A stretch of DNA of 64,000 nucleotides from an uncultured Nitrospirota bacterium (GTDB lineage Bacteria; Nitrospinota; Nitrospinia; CAJXCL01): positions 21,936 through 85,935 of the forward strand of contig CAJXCL010000001.1 in NCBI GenBank assembly GCA_913051775.1, read 5' to 3'. Positions within the stretch are counted from its first letter, which is position 1, and each line of letters starts with the position of its first letter. The position numbers were made by a program, and so were the translations under genes. Positions 49,608 through 58,672 of the stretch are shown piece by piece. The notes beneath the pieces were generated by a model that had not been told where the DNA came from, made no database searches, and was given only the letters and a program-made list of their open reading frames with translations.

Positions 49608-49952
49608 ATGTTTATTAAATTTTATAAAAAATTAAAGGGGAAAAGATATAACCCGGGGCAGAGAAAGAAAATCCGCAAGGTGCAAGCTTATGCGAGCTTT
49701 TTGATAGCATTTAGTTTAATTGGGTCAGGCATTTTTTTTTATAGTTGGCCGAGAGTGAGACTTGTAACCATGACCTATGACTATAACAAGCTGCGGGCAA
49801 AGGAAAATGAGCTGATCCATTTAAACAGGATGCTGAAACTGGAACTGGCGTCCATTAAGTCTTTAAAAAAAGTTGAAAAGATAGCAATAGAAAAGATGGG
49901 AATGATTGAGCCGAAAGACGAAGACATTATTTTTATAAAGGTGAAAAATTGA
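49608..49952 (+). CDS. ftsL: Cell division protein FtsL
   Basis: 114 aa. Single TM plus coiled-coil. Positioned between rsmH and ftsI. 4-nt overlap with ftsI. Confidence 0.6.
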   Translation: MFIKFYKKLKGKRYNPGQRKKIRKVQAYASFLIAFSLIGSGIFFYSWPRVRLVTMTYDYNKLRAKENELIHLNRMLKLELASIKSLKKVEKIAIEKMGMIEPKDEDIIFIKVKN

Positions 49953-51850
49953 GCCGGGACAAGAAAATTAAAATAAAAAGTATGTTCATTTTTATCTTTT
50001 TCGTTTTAAGCGGCATTGGAATTATTACGAAACTGTATCATCTGCAAATAAAAGACCACGAACGCTTTGATGAAAGAGCGCTCAATCAATATGAAGGCAA
50101 GGTTTATAAGTATGCGAACAGGGGAAATATCTTTGATCGCAATATGCGGCCGCTTGCCGTTAATGTAAAGGTAAAATCCGTTTATGCCCACCCTGATAAA
50201 ATCCAAAACCACATGAGGACTGCCGGAACGGTATCATCCATCCTCGATTTGCCGAAAATAGAGATCAGAAAGAAATTAAAACAGAAATTACCATTTGTTT
50301 ATATAAAAAGGAAAATTAATCCTGATGAATACAATAAATTAAAAAACAAAAATTTGTCCGGCATTCATTTCTCCACGGAATATAAAAGGTTCTATCCAAA
50401 AATGGAATTAGCCTCAAAGACCATCGGGTTTGCGGGCATGGATAACCAAGGTTTGAGCGGAATTGAATATTATTTTGATGATTATTTGTCCAATGGTGGT
50501 AAATGGGTACGTTTTAAGAAAGACAGACGCGGGCGAAGCGTTGATTTAGTCGGGAATGAAACTGATTACTTACCAGAAGGAAGTAATATCGTTCTTAGCA
50601 TTGACGAAGTTCTCCAATATCATGCCTTGAAAGCAGTTCAGAAAAAAGTAATTGAAACAAAGGCCAAAAGAGGTATTGCCATAGTTATGGAGCCGAACAC
50701 CGGGGAAGTCCTTGCTATGGCTGAGTATCCTTCCTTTAACGCGAATTTATCCAAAAGGTATACTTTGCAGCAGAGGAAAAACAGGGCGGTTTCAGATGCC
50801 TTTGAGCCGGGGTCTACTTTCAAACTTATCCTTGCTTCTGCCGCGTTAGAAGAAAAAATTGCACAACCCAAAGATATCTTTTTTTGTGAAGATGGTGTTT
50901 TTGATATAGGCGGAATTGTCATACATGAGGCCAATAGGAAAAAATACCGCTGGCTGACCCTTACGGAAATTATCACCAAATCAAGCAATATAGGGTCTGT
51001 AAAAATAGCCCGGCATCTGGGTGAAAGCAAGTTTTACGAATATATTAAAAAGTTTGGGTTTGGTGAAATAACAGGTATCAATCTGCCGGGCGAAGCAACC
51101 GGGATAACGAGAGACCTTTCTCAATGGAAAAAAGTTTCTTTAGGTTCTATTTCGATTGGACATGAAATTTCTACCACTCCTCTTCAACTGGTCACAGCCG
51201 TCTCAGCCATCGCAAATGGCGGTTATCTAATGAAGCCGACGATTGTTAAGCAGGCTGTTCATGAAGGCAAGATTATCAAAAGTTTCTCTCCGGAAATAGT
51301 AAGAGAAGTTCTTTCCCAGAAGACGGTTCAAGCCATGAAAGAGATTTTAACCCAGGCTGTTAATTATGGAACAGGTAAAAAAGCATCCATCCCTGGTTAT
51401 TTGGTGGGAGGAAAAACAGGAACAGCGCAGAAAATTGATCCTGATACGAAAAAATATTCTGCCAATAACTATGTAGCCTCTTTTGTCGGATTTGTTCCTG
51501 TTGAAAACCCGAAGCTGACAATCCTCGTGATGATAGATGAACCCCGCGGTATTCACTGGGGCGGCATTGTTGCTGCACCTGTTTTCAGGGAAATTGCTAA
51601 AAAAGCGCTTAGACACTTAAACGTACCTTCAGAAATGAATCGTATTTATACTTTGCCGACCAAAAGCAATAAAAGCAATAAAAGCAATAAAGGCAATAAA
51701 AGCAATCACAGTATATTAAACGCGGGTTTAATGACAAATTTTTTTCACGATAACATTAATTTGAATATTAGAAAAAATGTCGATAAATTTTTAAGCCGGG
51801 TTATTACCGGATTAAAAAATCATTATTGGGAAAAAGATAAAAATGCCTGA
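49949..51850 (+). CDS. ftsI: Peptidoglycan D,D-transpeptidase FtsI (PBP3)
   Basis: 633 aa. SxxK 'STFK', SxN 'SSN', 'KTGT'. C-terminal tail contains (KSN)n encoded by a 9-bp tandem repeat. Confidence 0.85.
   Translation: MSRDKKIKIKSMFIFIFFVLSGIGIITKLYHLQIKDHERFDERALNQYEGKVYKYANRGNIFDRNMRPLAVNVKVKSVYAHPDKIQNHMRTAGTVSSILDLPKIEIRKKLKQKLPFVYIKRKINPDEYNKLKNKNLSGIHFSTEYKRFYPKMELASKTIGFAGMDNQGLSGIEYYFDDYLSNGGKWVRFKKDRRGRSVDLVGNETDYLPEGSNIVLSIDEVLQYHALKAVQKKVIETKAKRGIAIVMEPNTGEVLAMAEYPSFNANLSKRYTLQQRKNRAVSDAFEPGSTFKLILASAALEEKIAQPKDIFFCEDGVFDIGGIVIHEANRKKYRWLTLTEIITKSSNIGSVKIARHLGESKFYEYIKKFGFGEITGINLPGEATGITRDLSQWKKVSLGSISIGHEISTTPLQLVTAVSAIANGGYLMKPTIVKQAVHEGKIIKSFSPEIVREVLSQKTVQAMKEILTQAVNYGTGKKASIPGYLVGGKTGTAQKIDPDTKKYSANNYVASFVGFVPVENPKLTILVMIDEPRGIHWGGIVAAPVFREIAKKALRHLNVPSEMNRIYTLPTKSNKSNKSNKGNKSNHSILNAGLMTNFFHDNINLNIRKNVDKFLSRVITGLKNHYWEKDKNA
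51662..51706 (+). repeat. 9-bp tandem repeat (aaaagcaat)x5 inside the ftsI 3' end, encoding KSNKSNKSNKGNKSN
   Basis: Five in-frame units, one with an A>G change. Read directly from the sequence. Confidence 0.8.
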
Positions 51851-51863
51851 TGACAGATGACTA

Positions 51864-53351
51864 ATGGCTAAACTGCGTCAATTATTAAAGGAAGTAGAAA
51901 TGATAGAAAACGTTGGAAATTTAGATGTAAATATAAGCGGAATAGAATATAACTCACAAAATGTCAATAGGGGTTCAGTTTTTGTCGCCATAAAAGGATT
52001 TCAGCGGAATGGCACTGAGTTTATAGAAGAAGCTGTTGAGAAGGGGGCGGTTGGCGTAGTGTTGGAGGAAGGCACTGCAATGCTAAATAGAATAGGTGCC
52101 AAAACCGGTGTGGTGGTAGTGAAAAACAGCCGTAAAGCCCTGGCTTCTTTGTCAGCGGATTTTTTTGGTAATCCGAGCCGGGAGTTGGATGTTGTAGGAA
52201 TTACAGGAACAAATGGAAAGACCACAACAGCTTATCTTCTGGAATCCATTCTGCAATCAGCCGGCAGGAAAACAGGGATTATAGGAACTATTAATTACCG
52301 TTTTGACGGGAAAGTAAAACCTGCCGTACAAACAACTCCTGAATCGTTAGATCTGCAAAAAATGTTTCGTGAAATGGCGGATGGCAAAGTTGACAACTGT
52401 ATTTTAGAAGTTTCCTCTCATTCATTAACACTTGACCGGGTTTATAAAACCGACTTTTCAGTCGGTATTTTTACAAACCTGACTCAGGATCATCTCGACT
52501 TTCACCTTACGGAAGAAGATTACTTTAAGGCAAAAGAGAAACTGTTTTTGGAATATAGCCTGAAAAAAGCTGTGGTTAATGTTGATGACCCTTATGGAAA
52601 AATGATTTCTAAAAAGACTTCCGCGGAAACGATTACGATAGGCATAATTGAAAAAAGTGACGTACACACTCGGAATATAGAAACATCAATTAACGGGATA
52701 CAGTTTACGGCTAAAACGCCTAAAGGTGAAGTACAGATAGTGTCCGGCCTTATGGGCCGTCATAATGTCTACAATATCTTATGTGCGATAGGAACGGGAC
52801 TTGCCCTAGATATTTCTCTTGAAGAAATTAAAAGAGGTATCGGTAGTCTGCAAAATGTTCCGGGCAGGCTTGAAAAGATAGATGAGGGGCAAAGTTTTTC
52901 AGTGGTAGTGGATTATGCGCACACAGAAGATGCGCTGAAAAATTTGCTGAAAGCGGTAAGGGAACTTACAAAAAAAAGGTTAATTTTGGTCTTTGGTTGT
53001 GGAGGAAACCGCGATAAAGGTAAAAGGCAAAAGATGGGAAAGGTTGCCGGTGAATACAGTGACTACACCATTATAACTTCGGATAACCCTCGAAACGAAG
53101 AACCTGCTTCTATAGCTTCTGAAATAGAGCAGGGAATAAAAAAAGTGGCTGGCAGCGGTAAATATTCCTTAATTCTGGACCGGATGAAGGCAATCAGGCA
53201 AGCCATTAATCTGGCTGGAGAAGAAGATTTTGTAGTGATAGCAGGCAAGGGTCATGAGAATTATCAGCTATTTAAAGACCGTCGAATTCACTTTGATGAC
53301 TTCGAAACTGTAAGAAAACTAATAAAGGAAAAATTATCAATGATAAATTAG
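51864..53351 (+). CDS. murE: UDP-N-acetylmuramoyl-L-alanyl-D-glutamate--2,6-diaminopimelate ligase
   Basis: 495 aa. 'GITGTNGKTT' P-loop. 'DNPR' motif (ITSDNPRNE), indicating meso-DAP specificity. Confidence 0.9.
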   Translation: MAKLRQLLKEVEMIENVGNLDVNISGIEYNSQNVNRGSVFVAIKGFQRNGTEFIEEAVEKGAVGVVLEEGTAMLNRIGAKTGVVVVKNSRKALASLSADFFGNPSRELDVVGITGTNGKTTTAYLLESILQSAGRKTGIIGTINYRFDGKVKPAVQTTPESLDLQKMFREMADGKVDNCILEVSSHSLTLDRVYKTDFSVGIFTNLTQDHLDFHLTEEDYFKAKEKLFLEYSLKKAVVNVDDPYGKMISKKTSAETITIGIIEKSDVHTRNIETSINGIQFTAKTPKGEVQIVSGLMGRHNVYNILCAIGTGLALDISLEEIKRGIGSLQNVPGRLEKIDEGQSFSVVVDYAHTEDALKNLLKAVRELTKKRLILVFGCGGNRDKGKRQKMGKVAGEYSDYTIITSDNPRNEEPASIASEIEQGIKKVAGSGKYSLILDRMKAIRQAINLAGEEDFVVIAGKGHENYQLFKDRRIHFDDFETVRKLIKEKLSMIN

Positions 53352-53572
53352 CACCCCCCTTAATCCCCGCGAGAAGGGATTTGACAGCTTCAATCCCTTC
53401 AGGTAAGGAGGTAAGGGGGGTGTCATTATCTATAAGAAAGAAATGTAAAACAACGATGGATAGGCTTATTTACGCATACTCGTTGTAAAGTTTATAAATG
53501 AGAATGTTACGAGTTGTTAATTGCAAACTGAATACTTTAAAAAATATGAAACCTGAGATCTAAAATTATAAA

Positions 53573-54670
53573 TTGCTTATGCTCTATCATCTTTTATATC
53601 CATTGCGTGAAAGTTTTTCGGTGTTCAATGTCTTTAAATATATTACTTTTCGTTCTGTTTACGCGGGACTTACGGCAATGATAATCAGTATTTTAATGGG
53701 TGTATTTTTTATCAAATTGCTTTCCAAGCACCAAATAGGCGAAACCATTCGTGAAATAGGTCCAGAATCCCACCGTTCTAAAGAAGGCACTCCAACAATG
53801 GGTGGGATTTTAATCCTGGCAGCTACTTTCATTTCTGTTCTGCTCTGGGGAAATTTGCTGAACCAGTATATATGGGTTCTTTTGCTTTCCATGTTGAGTT
53901 TTGGTTTGTTAGGGCTGACAGATGACTATATCAAGGTTATTTTGAAAAAAAAAGATGGGATCAATGTTTCTTTAAAACTTATGATACAGGCTGCTATCGG
54001 ACTTTGCATTGCGCTCTATGTTGTTTTCTTGGATGCAGATAGGTCTGCTTACGCGACATATTTAGAAGTGCCTTTTTTTAAAAATGTAGTGCCAGACCTG
54101 GGGTTGTTTTACATTTTATTTATTGTTCTGGTCATTGTAGGAGCGTCTAATGCCGTGAATCTGACTGATGGATTAGACGGTCTGGCAATAGGACCAATTA
54201 TCGTTGCTACATTTTCTTTTATGATACTGACTTATGTTACCGGCCATATTAAATTTTCAGACTATTTAAACATTCAATACATAGGCAGTGTCGGGGAGTT
54301 ATCCGTTTTTTGTGGAGCTTTAATCGGAGCGGGATTAGGGTTTCTCTGGTTTAATTCCTATCCGGCTCAGATTTTTATGGGGGATGTTGGTTCTTTGGCT
54401 ATGGGAGGTGCGTTAGGGACTCTGGCGGTTTTATCCAAGCACGAGCTTTTGTTGGTTATTGTCGGCGGGTTGTTTGTTATCGAAGCTCTATCAGTCATAT
54501 TGCAGGTATCATATTTCAAAATATCAGGTGGAAAAAGGATATTTAAAATGGCGCCGCTTCATCATCATTTTGAAAAAAAGGGGTGGTCAGAACCGAAAGT
54601 AACTATACGGTTCTGGATTGTTGCCGTCATATTGGCATTGTTAAGCTTAAGCACACTTAAAATCAGGTAA
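53573..54670 (+). CDS. mraY: Phospho-N-acetylmuramoyl-pentapeptide transferase
   Basis: 365 aa, 10-TM. Conserved 'NAVNLTDGLDGLA' and 'FMGDVGSLAMG' MraY motifs. Confidence 0.9.
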   Translation: MLMLYHLLYPLRESFSVFNVFKYITFRSVYAGLTAMIISILMGVFFIKLLSKHQIGETIREIGPESHRSKEGTPTMGGILILAATFISVLLWGNLLNQYIWVLLLSMLSFGLLGLTDDYIKVILKKKDGINVSLKLMIQAAIGLCIALYVVFLDADRSAYATYLEVPFFKNVVPDLGLFYILFIVLVIVGASNAVNLTDGLDGLAIGPIIVATFSFMILTYVTGHIKFSDYLNIQYIGSVGELSVFCGALIGAGLGFLWFNSYPAQIFMGDVGSLAMGGALGTLAVLSKHELLLVIVGGLFVIEALSVILQVSYFKISGGKRIFKMAPLHHHFEKKGWSEPKVTIRFWIVAVILALLSLSTLKIR

Positions 54671-54673
54671 TGA

Positions 54674-56032
54674 ATGAATTTTGAAGATAAGAATGTTCTG
54701 GTGGCTGGTATCGCCAGAACAGGAATAGCAGCGTCTAACCTTCTCGCAAGAAATAAAGCCGGTGTAACAGCGGCAGATGATAAAAAGGAAGAGGATTTGA
54801 AAGAAAACCTGGAAAAACTGGACAAAAGAGTACAAATTCAAACGGGGGGAATTAAAACAGGTGATATTAGTGATTTTGATCTAATAGTTGTAAGTCCAGG
54901 TATTGATATGCGAAATCCTTTATTCAAAAAAGCTGTAGAAAAAGGCATACCCGTCTGGAGCGAGATCGAACTTGCTTCACGGTTTATTAAAAAGCCCGTT
55001 ATTGCCATAACAGGGACTAACGGAAAAACAACTTCTACCAGCATGATTGGCAATATACTGCAAGACAACGGAGAAAAAATTTATGTAGGAGGAAATATCG
55101 GATTTCCTTTGTCGAATATTGCGGATCAGGCGTCGCAATACAGCTATATTATCCTGGAGGTTAGTTCTTTTCAATTGGAATGGGTTTATCAATTTAAACC
55201 GTTTATCAGCGCCATTTTAAATATTACTGAAGATCACCTCGACCGACATCTTGATTTCAATGAGTACGTCTCTTTAAAAAAAAGAATATATCAAAAGCAG
55301 ACGGAAGAAAATTATCTGGTTTTGAACGAAGACGATCCTGCTACTGCAGGCATTGAGCCGGAAAATAAAATTCACAAGCTGTTATTCAGCCGGATTCGTG
55401 AAGTTGAAGATGGCGCGTTCTTAAGAAAAGACAACATTGTAATCCGCCTGCACGGTGAAGAAAAAGTGGTAGGCCCTGTCAGTAAGCTGAAAGTTAAAGG
55501 AATTCACAATATTGAGAATGGTTTAGCTTCCGCCCTGATTGGAGCACTCTGCAAGGTACAAGCGGAAACTGTAATGGATTCTCTATCTCATTTTTGTGGC
55601 ATTGATCATCGTATGGAGTTTATCAGAGAAATAAATGGAGTTAGGTTTATTAATGATTCCAAGGGTACCAATACGGGGGCAACAATGAAATCCATAGAAA
55701 GTTTTAATTGTCCCGTTATTCTAATTGCCGGAGGAAAAGATAAGGGAGGAGATTACGGATCCCTGGGTGAATTAATAAAGAAGAAAGTTAAATTCTCAAT
55801 TTTAATAGGGGAAAGCAAAATAAAAATTCGGTCAGCTTTAAAAGATTACAATAACGTTGAAGATGCAGCGACTTTAGAAGACGCAGTAAAAAAGGCTTCT
55901 TCTAAAGCAATGGCTGGAGATGTAATTATTTTGTCACCAGCCTGCTCTTCTTTTGACATGTTCAGAGACTATGAAGATCGTGGAAATGTTTTTAAAAAAG
56001 CTGTTTTAAGTTTACCGGGAAATAATAATTAG
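54674..56032 (+). CDS. murD: UDP-N-acetylmuramoylalanine--D-glutamate ligase
   Basis: 452 aa. 'ITGTNGKTTSTSM' P-loop. Mur ligase domain order. Confidence 0.9.
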   Translation: MNFEDKNVLVAGIARTGIAASNLLARNKAGVTAADDKKEEDLKENLEKLDKRVQIQTGGIKTGDISDFDLIVVSPGIDMRNPLFKKAVEKGIPVWSEIELASRFIKKPVIAITGTNGKTTSTSMIGNILQDNGEKIYVGGNIGFPLSNIADQASQYSYIILEVSSFQLEWVYQFKPFISAILNITEDHLDRHLDFNEYVSLKKRIYQKQTEENYLVLNEDDPATAGIEPENKIHKLLFSRIREVEDGAFLRKDNIVIRLHGEEKVVGPVSKLKVKGIHNIENGLASALIGALCKVQAETVMDSLSHFCGIDHRMEFIREINGVRFINDSKGTNTGATMKSIESFNCPVILIAGGKDKGGDYGSLGELIKKKVKFSILIGESKIKIRSALKDYNNVEDAATLEDAVKKASSKAMAGDVIILSPACSSFDMFRDYEDRGNVFKKAVLSLPGNNN

Positions 56033-56091
56033 TGTTTAAACGAAATCTCCATTTTCCTATTATTTCGAGCGGAGCGAGAAAATTTAGGTGA

Positions 56092-56175
56092 GTGAAAGTG
56101 TTTAGCGAGCGAATTTAAAAAAAATTATACTCTACACTGAAAATTCTCAGTAGCTTGCTACGGGAAGCTTCAATG
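56092..56175. repeat. Family-A repeat, long form (A5), inserted between murD and ftsW inside the dcw cluster
   Basis: 'gtgaaagtgtttagcgagcgaatttaaaaaaaattatactctacactgaaaattctcagtagcttgctacgggaagcttcaatg'. The track-predicted ftsW start (56155) lies inside it. Confidence 0.7.
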
Positions 56176-56196
56176 TGGCTAAAATTTAATAATAGG

Positions 56197-57357
56197 ATGG
56201 ATATGAGGACTTCAGAAAATCGATACGACCCTGTAATTTTTATATCAGTTATTCTTTTAATCGGTTTAGGGCTAATAATGGTTTACAGTTCCAGCGCCGC
56301 GATTGCATACCAAAAATTTAATGATCCTTACTACTTCTTAAAACGACAGATTTTCCAGGTCATTATCGGCGGGGTTTTAATGGTTTTTTTTATGTGCTTA
56401 GACTATCATACTATTCAAAAGTTTACTTACCCAGCTCTCATTATAACCATGTTTCTTCTTATTCTGGTTTTGTTCCCGCAGTTTGGGAAAAAAGTAGGCG
56501 GGGCTCAGCGCTGGTTACATATAGGAAGCTTCTCTTTTCAACCGTCAGAACTGGCTAAATTTACCTTAATCCTTTATGTGGTTCATTCTCTTGTTAAAAA
56601 ACAGGAGAGGATAGAAGATTTCTTTTACGGGTATTTACCTAACCTGCTTGTCCTAGGCTTTTTCTCTATTTTATTTCTTTTTCAACCTGACCTGGGGACA
56701 ACCGTGGTTTTAATTGCAGTAGTTTTTATTCTTTTTTTTATTGCCGGCATAAAATTCAATTATCTCTTTTATTCAGTTGTGATGCTTTTGCCGGCCATCT
56801 GCTGGGTTATTTTAAGTTCAGAATATCAGAAGAACAGAATCATTTCATTTTTAGATCCTGAAAAGGACCCCCTTGGAAAAGGGTATCAGATTATTCAATC
56901 TTTTATGGCCTTTAGCCGCGGGAATGCATTCGGTATTGGGCTGGGTGAAGGCAGGCAAAAGTTGTTCTTTCTTCCTGAACCTCATACTGACTTTATTTTT
57001 TCCATCATTGGTGAGGAGTTGGGATTTGCCGGAACAGTTATTGTTGTCATGCTGTTTTTAGCCATTATTTGGCGGGGAATCCAGACTGCGATAAAATCTT
57101 CGGATCTATATGGAAAATTTTTGTCCTTGGGATTAACTTCTCTGATTGGTGTTCAGGCCATGGTAAACCTGGCTGTGGCAGTGGGGCTTCTCCCTACTAA
57201 AGGACTAACTTTGCCATTTGTCAGTATGGGAGGCTCCTCCCTGGTGGTTTCGATGATCTGCGCTGGAGTTTTATTGAATATATCTAAAAAGATAGGGGTC
57301 AGAAATCAGTCCTCAGTAGCGAGGGTGAGAAGAGTTGTACAGACACAAAGAGCGTAA
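56197..57357 (+). CDS. ftsW: Peptidoglycan glycosyltransferase / lipid II flippase FtsW (SEDS family)
   Basis: SEDS 10-TM protein between murD and murG. Start moved to the ATG at 56197 (MDMRTSENRY...) to exclude the repeat. Confidence 0.85.
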   Translation: MDMRTSENRYDPVIFISVILLIGLGLIMVYSSSAAIAYQKFNDPYYFLKRQIFQVIIGGVLMVFFMCLDYHTIQKFTYPALIITMFLLILVLFPQFGKKVGGAQRWLHIGSFSFQPSELAKFTLILYVVHSLVKKQERIEDFFYGYLPNLLVLGFFSILFLFQPDLGTTVVLIAVVFILFFIAGIKFNYLFYSVVMLLPAICWVILSSEYQKNRIISFLDPEKDPLGKGYQIIQSFMAFSRGNAFGIGLGEGRQKLFFLPEPHTDFIFSIIGEELGFAGTVIVVMLFLAIIWRGIQTAIKSSDLYGKFLSLGLTSLIGVQAMVNLAVAVGLLPTKGLTLPFVSMGGSSLVVSMICAGVLLNISKKIGVRNQSSVARVRRVVQTQRA

Positions 57358-57380
57358 AAAAACATCAAAAAATAAACTTT

Positions 57381-58496
57381 ATGAAAATTATCATAGTCGG
57401 GGGGGGAACAGGAGGTCATCTTTTCCCGGGGATAGCAATTGCACGGGAGTTTCAAAAGAGGAACCCGAAAATAAAAATTCTATTTGTGGGAACTCGTAAA
57501 GGAATTGAATTTAAAGTGTTGCCAAAAGAAAAATTAGAACTAAAAACAATATTGTCCAGCGGGCTGAAAGGGAAAATATCCTGGCGTACACTGATAGCTC
57601 TTGTAGAAATGCCAATAGCGCTTTTACAGTCTCTTTTGGTTCTTATTAATTTCAGGCCAAAGCTTGTTCTGGGTGTTGGTGGATACGTAACAGGTCCTTT
57701 TGTTTTAATGGCATGGTTATTAAGGATACCTACTGCTATACAAGAGCAAAACTCAATGCCTGGAATGACAAATCGTATTTTAGGAAAAATTGTGGACAAA
57801 ATATTTGTCACATTTGAGAAATCAAAAAAACACTTCCCTGAAAAAAAAGTGGAAGTAACCGGAAATCCTATTCGGGAGGAATATTATGAAGCTAAAGATA
57901 GAACAAAGGAATCACGGTTTAATGTCCTTATTTTTGGCGGGAGTAAAGGCGCAAGTAGTATTAACCGCGCTATGGTTGAAGCTCTTGATTTTCTGTCAGA
58001 AGATAAAAATTCGATACACTTTATTCACCAGACAGGTGAGGAACAGTTTAAAACTGTACAAGCAAGATACAGGTCAAAAAATATTTCCGCTGAGGTAAAC
58101 CAGTTTATTTACAATATGGCTGATGTTTACCGAAGATCGAATTTGGTTATATGCAGGGCAGGAGCATCAACCATTGCCGAGTTAGCGGCCAGCGGACGAG
58201 CAGCTATTTTAGCTCCTTATCCCTTTGCGGCAAATAACCATCAGCAATTGAACGCGGAATACCTTGTAGATAATGGCGCGGCGGTTATGGTGAAGGATTC
58301 CGATTTGTCCGGAAAGAAATTAGCAGAACTAATTAAAAAACTGATGGATCAGCCGAATCTGCTGCGTGAAATGGAAAAAAAAAGTGCCAGAATGGCTAAG
58401 AAAGATGCAGAGAAAAAAATTGTAGATCAGTGTTATAAACTTGCATTTAGTAATATTTCATTGCAGAGAATGCATGGTTTGGCAGGCTTATCGTGA
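57381..58496 (+). CDS. murG: UDP-GlcNAc--undecaprenyl-PP-MurNAc-pentapeptide GlcNAc transferase
   Basis: 371 aa. N-terminal 'GGGTGGHLFPGIAIA' G-loop. GT28 architecture. Confidence 0.9.
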   Translation: MKIIIVGGGTGGHLFPGIAIAREFQKRNPKIKILFVGTRKGIEFKVLPKEKLELKTILSSGLKGKISWRTLIALVEMPIALLQSLLVLINFRPKLVLGVGGYVTGPFVLMAWLLRIPTAIQEQNSMPGMTNRILGKIVDKIFVTFEKSKKHFPEKKVEVTGNPIREEYYEAKDRTKESRFNVLIFGGSKGASSINRAMVEALDFLSEDKNSIHFIHQTGEEQFKTVQARYRSKNISAEVNQFIYNMADVYRRSNLVICRAGASTIAELAASGRAAILAPYPFAANNHQQLNAEYLVDNGAAVMVKDSDLSGKKLAELIKKLMDQPNLLREMEKKSARMAKKDAEKKIVDQCYKLAFSNISLQRMHGLAGLS

Positions 58497-58623
58497 CATG
58501 TTATGTCTCTGTACTCAAATTTAAAAAATTGTGTTTTTTTGGCACAATTTATGTTAGTAGACCGGGCGGCAGCTCATTTGGTTGCGCTTCCCTGGCTGTT
58601 CTGTGACAGCAATTATTTGTCAT

Positions 58624-58646
58624 CCTGAGCTTGTCGAAGGGATAGC
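58624..58646. repeat. Short motif 'tcYtgagcttgtcRaaggg..a' (copy 2), 30 nt upstream of murC
   Basis: See 28752-28775. Confidence 0.4.
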
Positions 58647-58672
58647 GTTTTTGTGGTGAGTCTATATCTAAA

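Noticed and set aside
51662-51706. CRISPR-like regular repeats
   Set aside because: The only regularly spaced direct repeats in the window are the 9-bp in-frame units inside ftsI and the 7-bp microsatellite at 3963-3997. Neither has spacers, and there are no cas genes.
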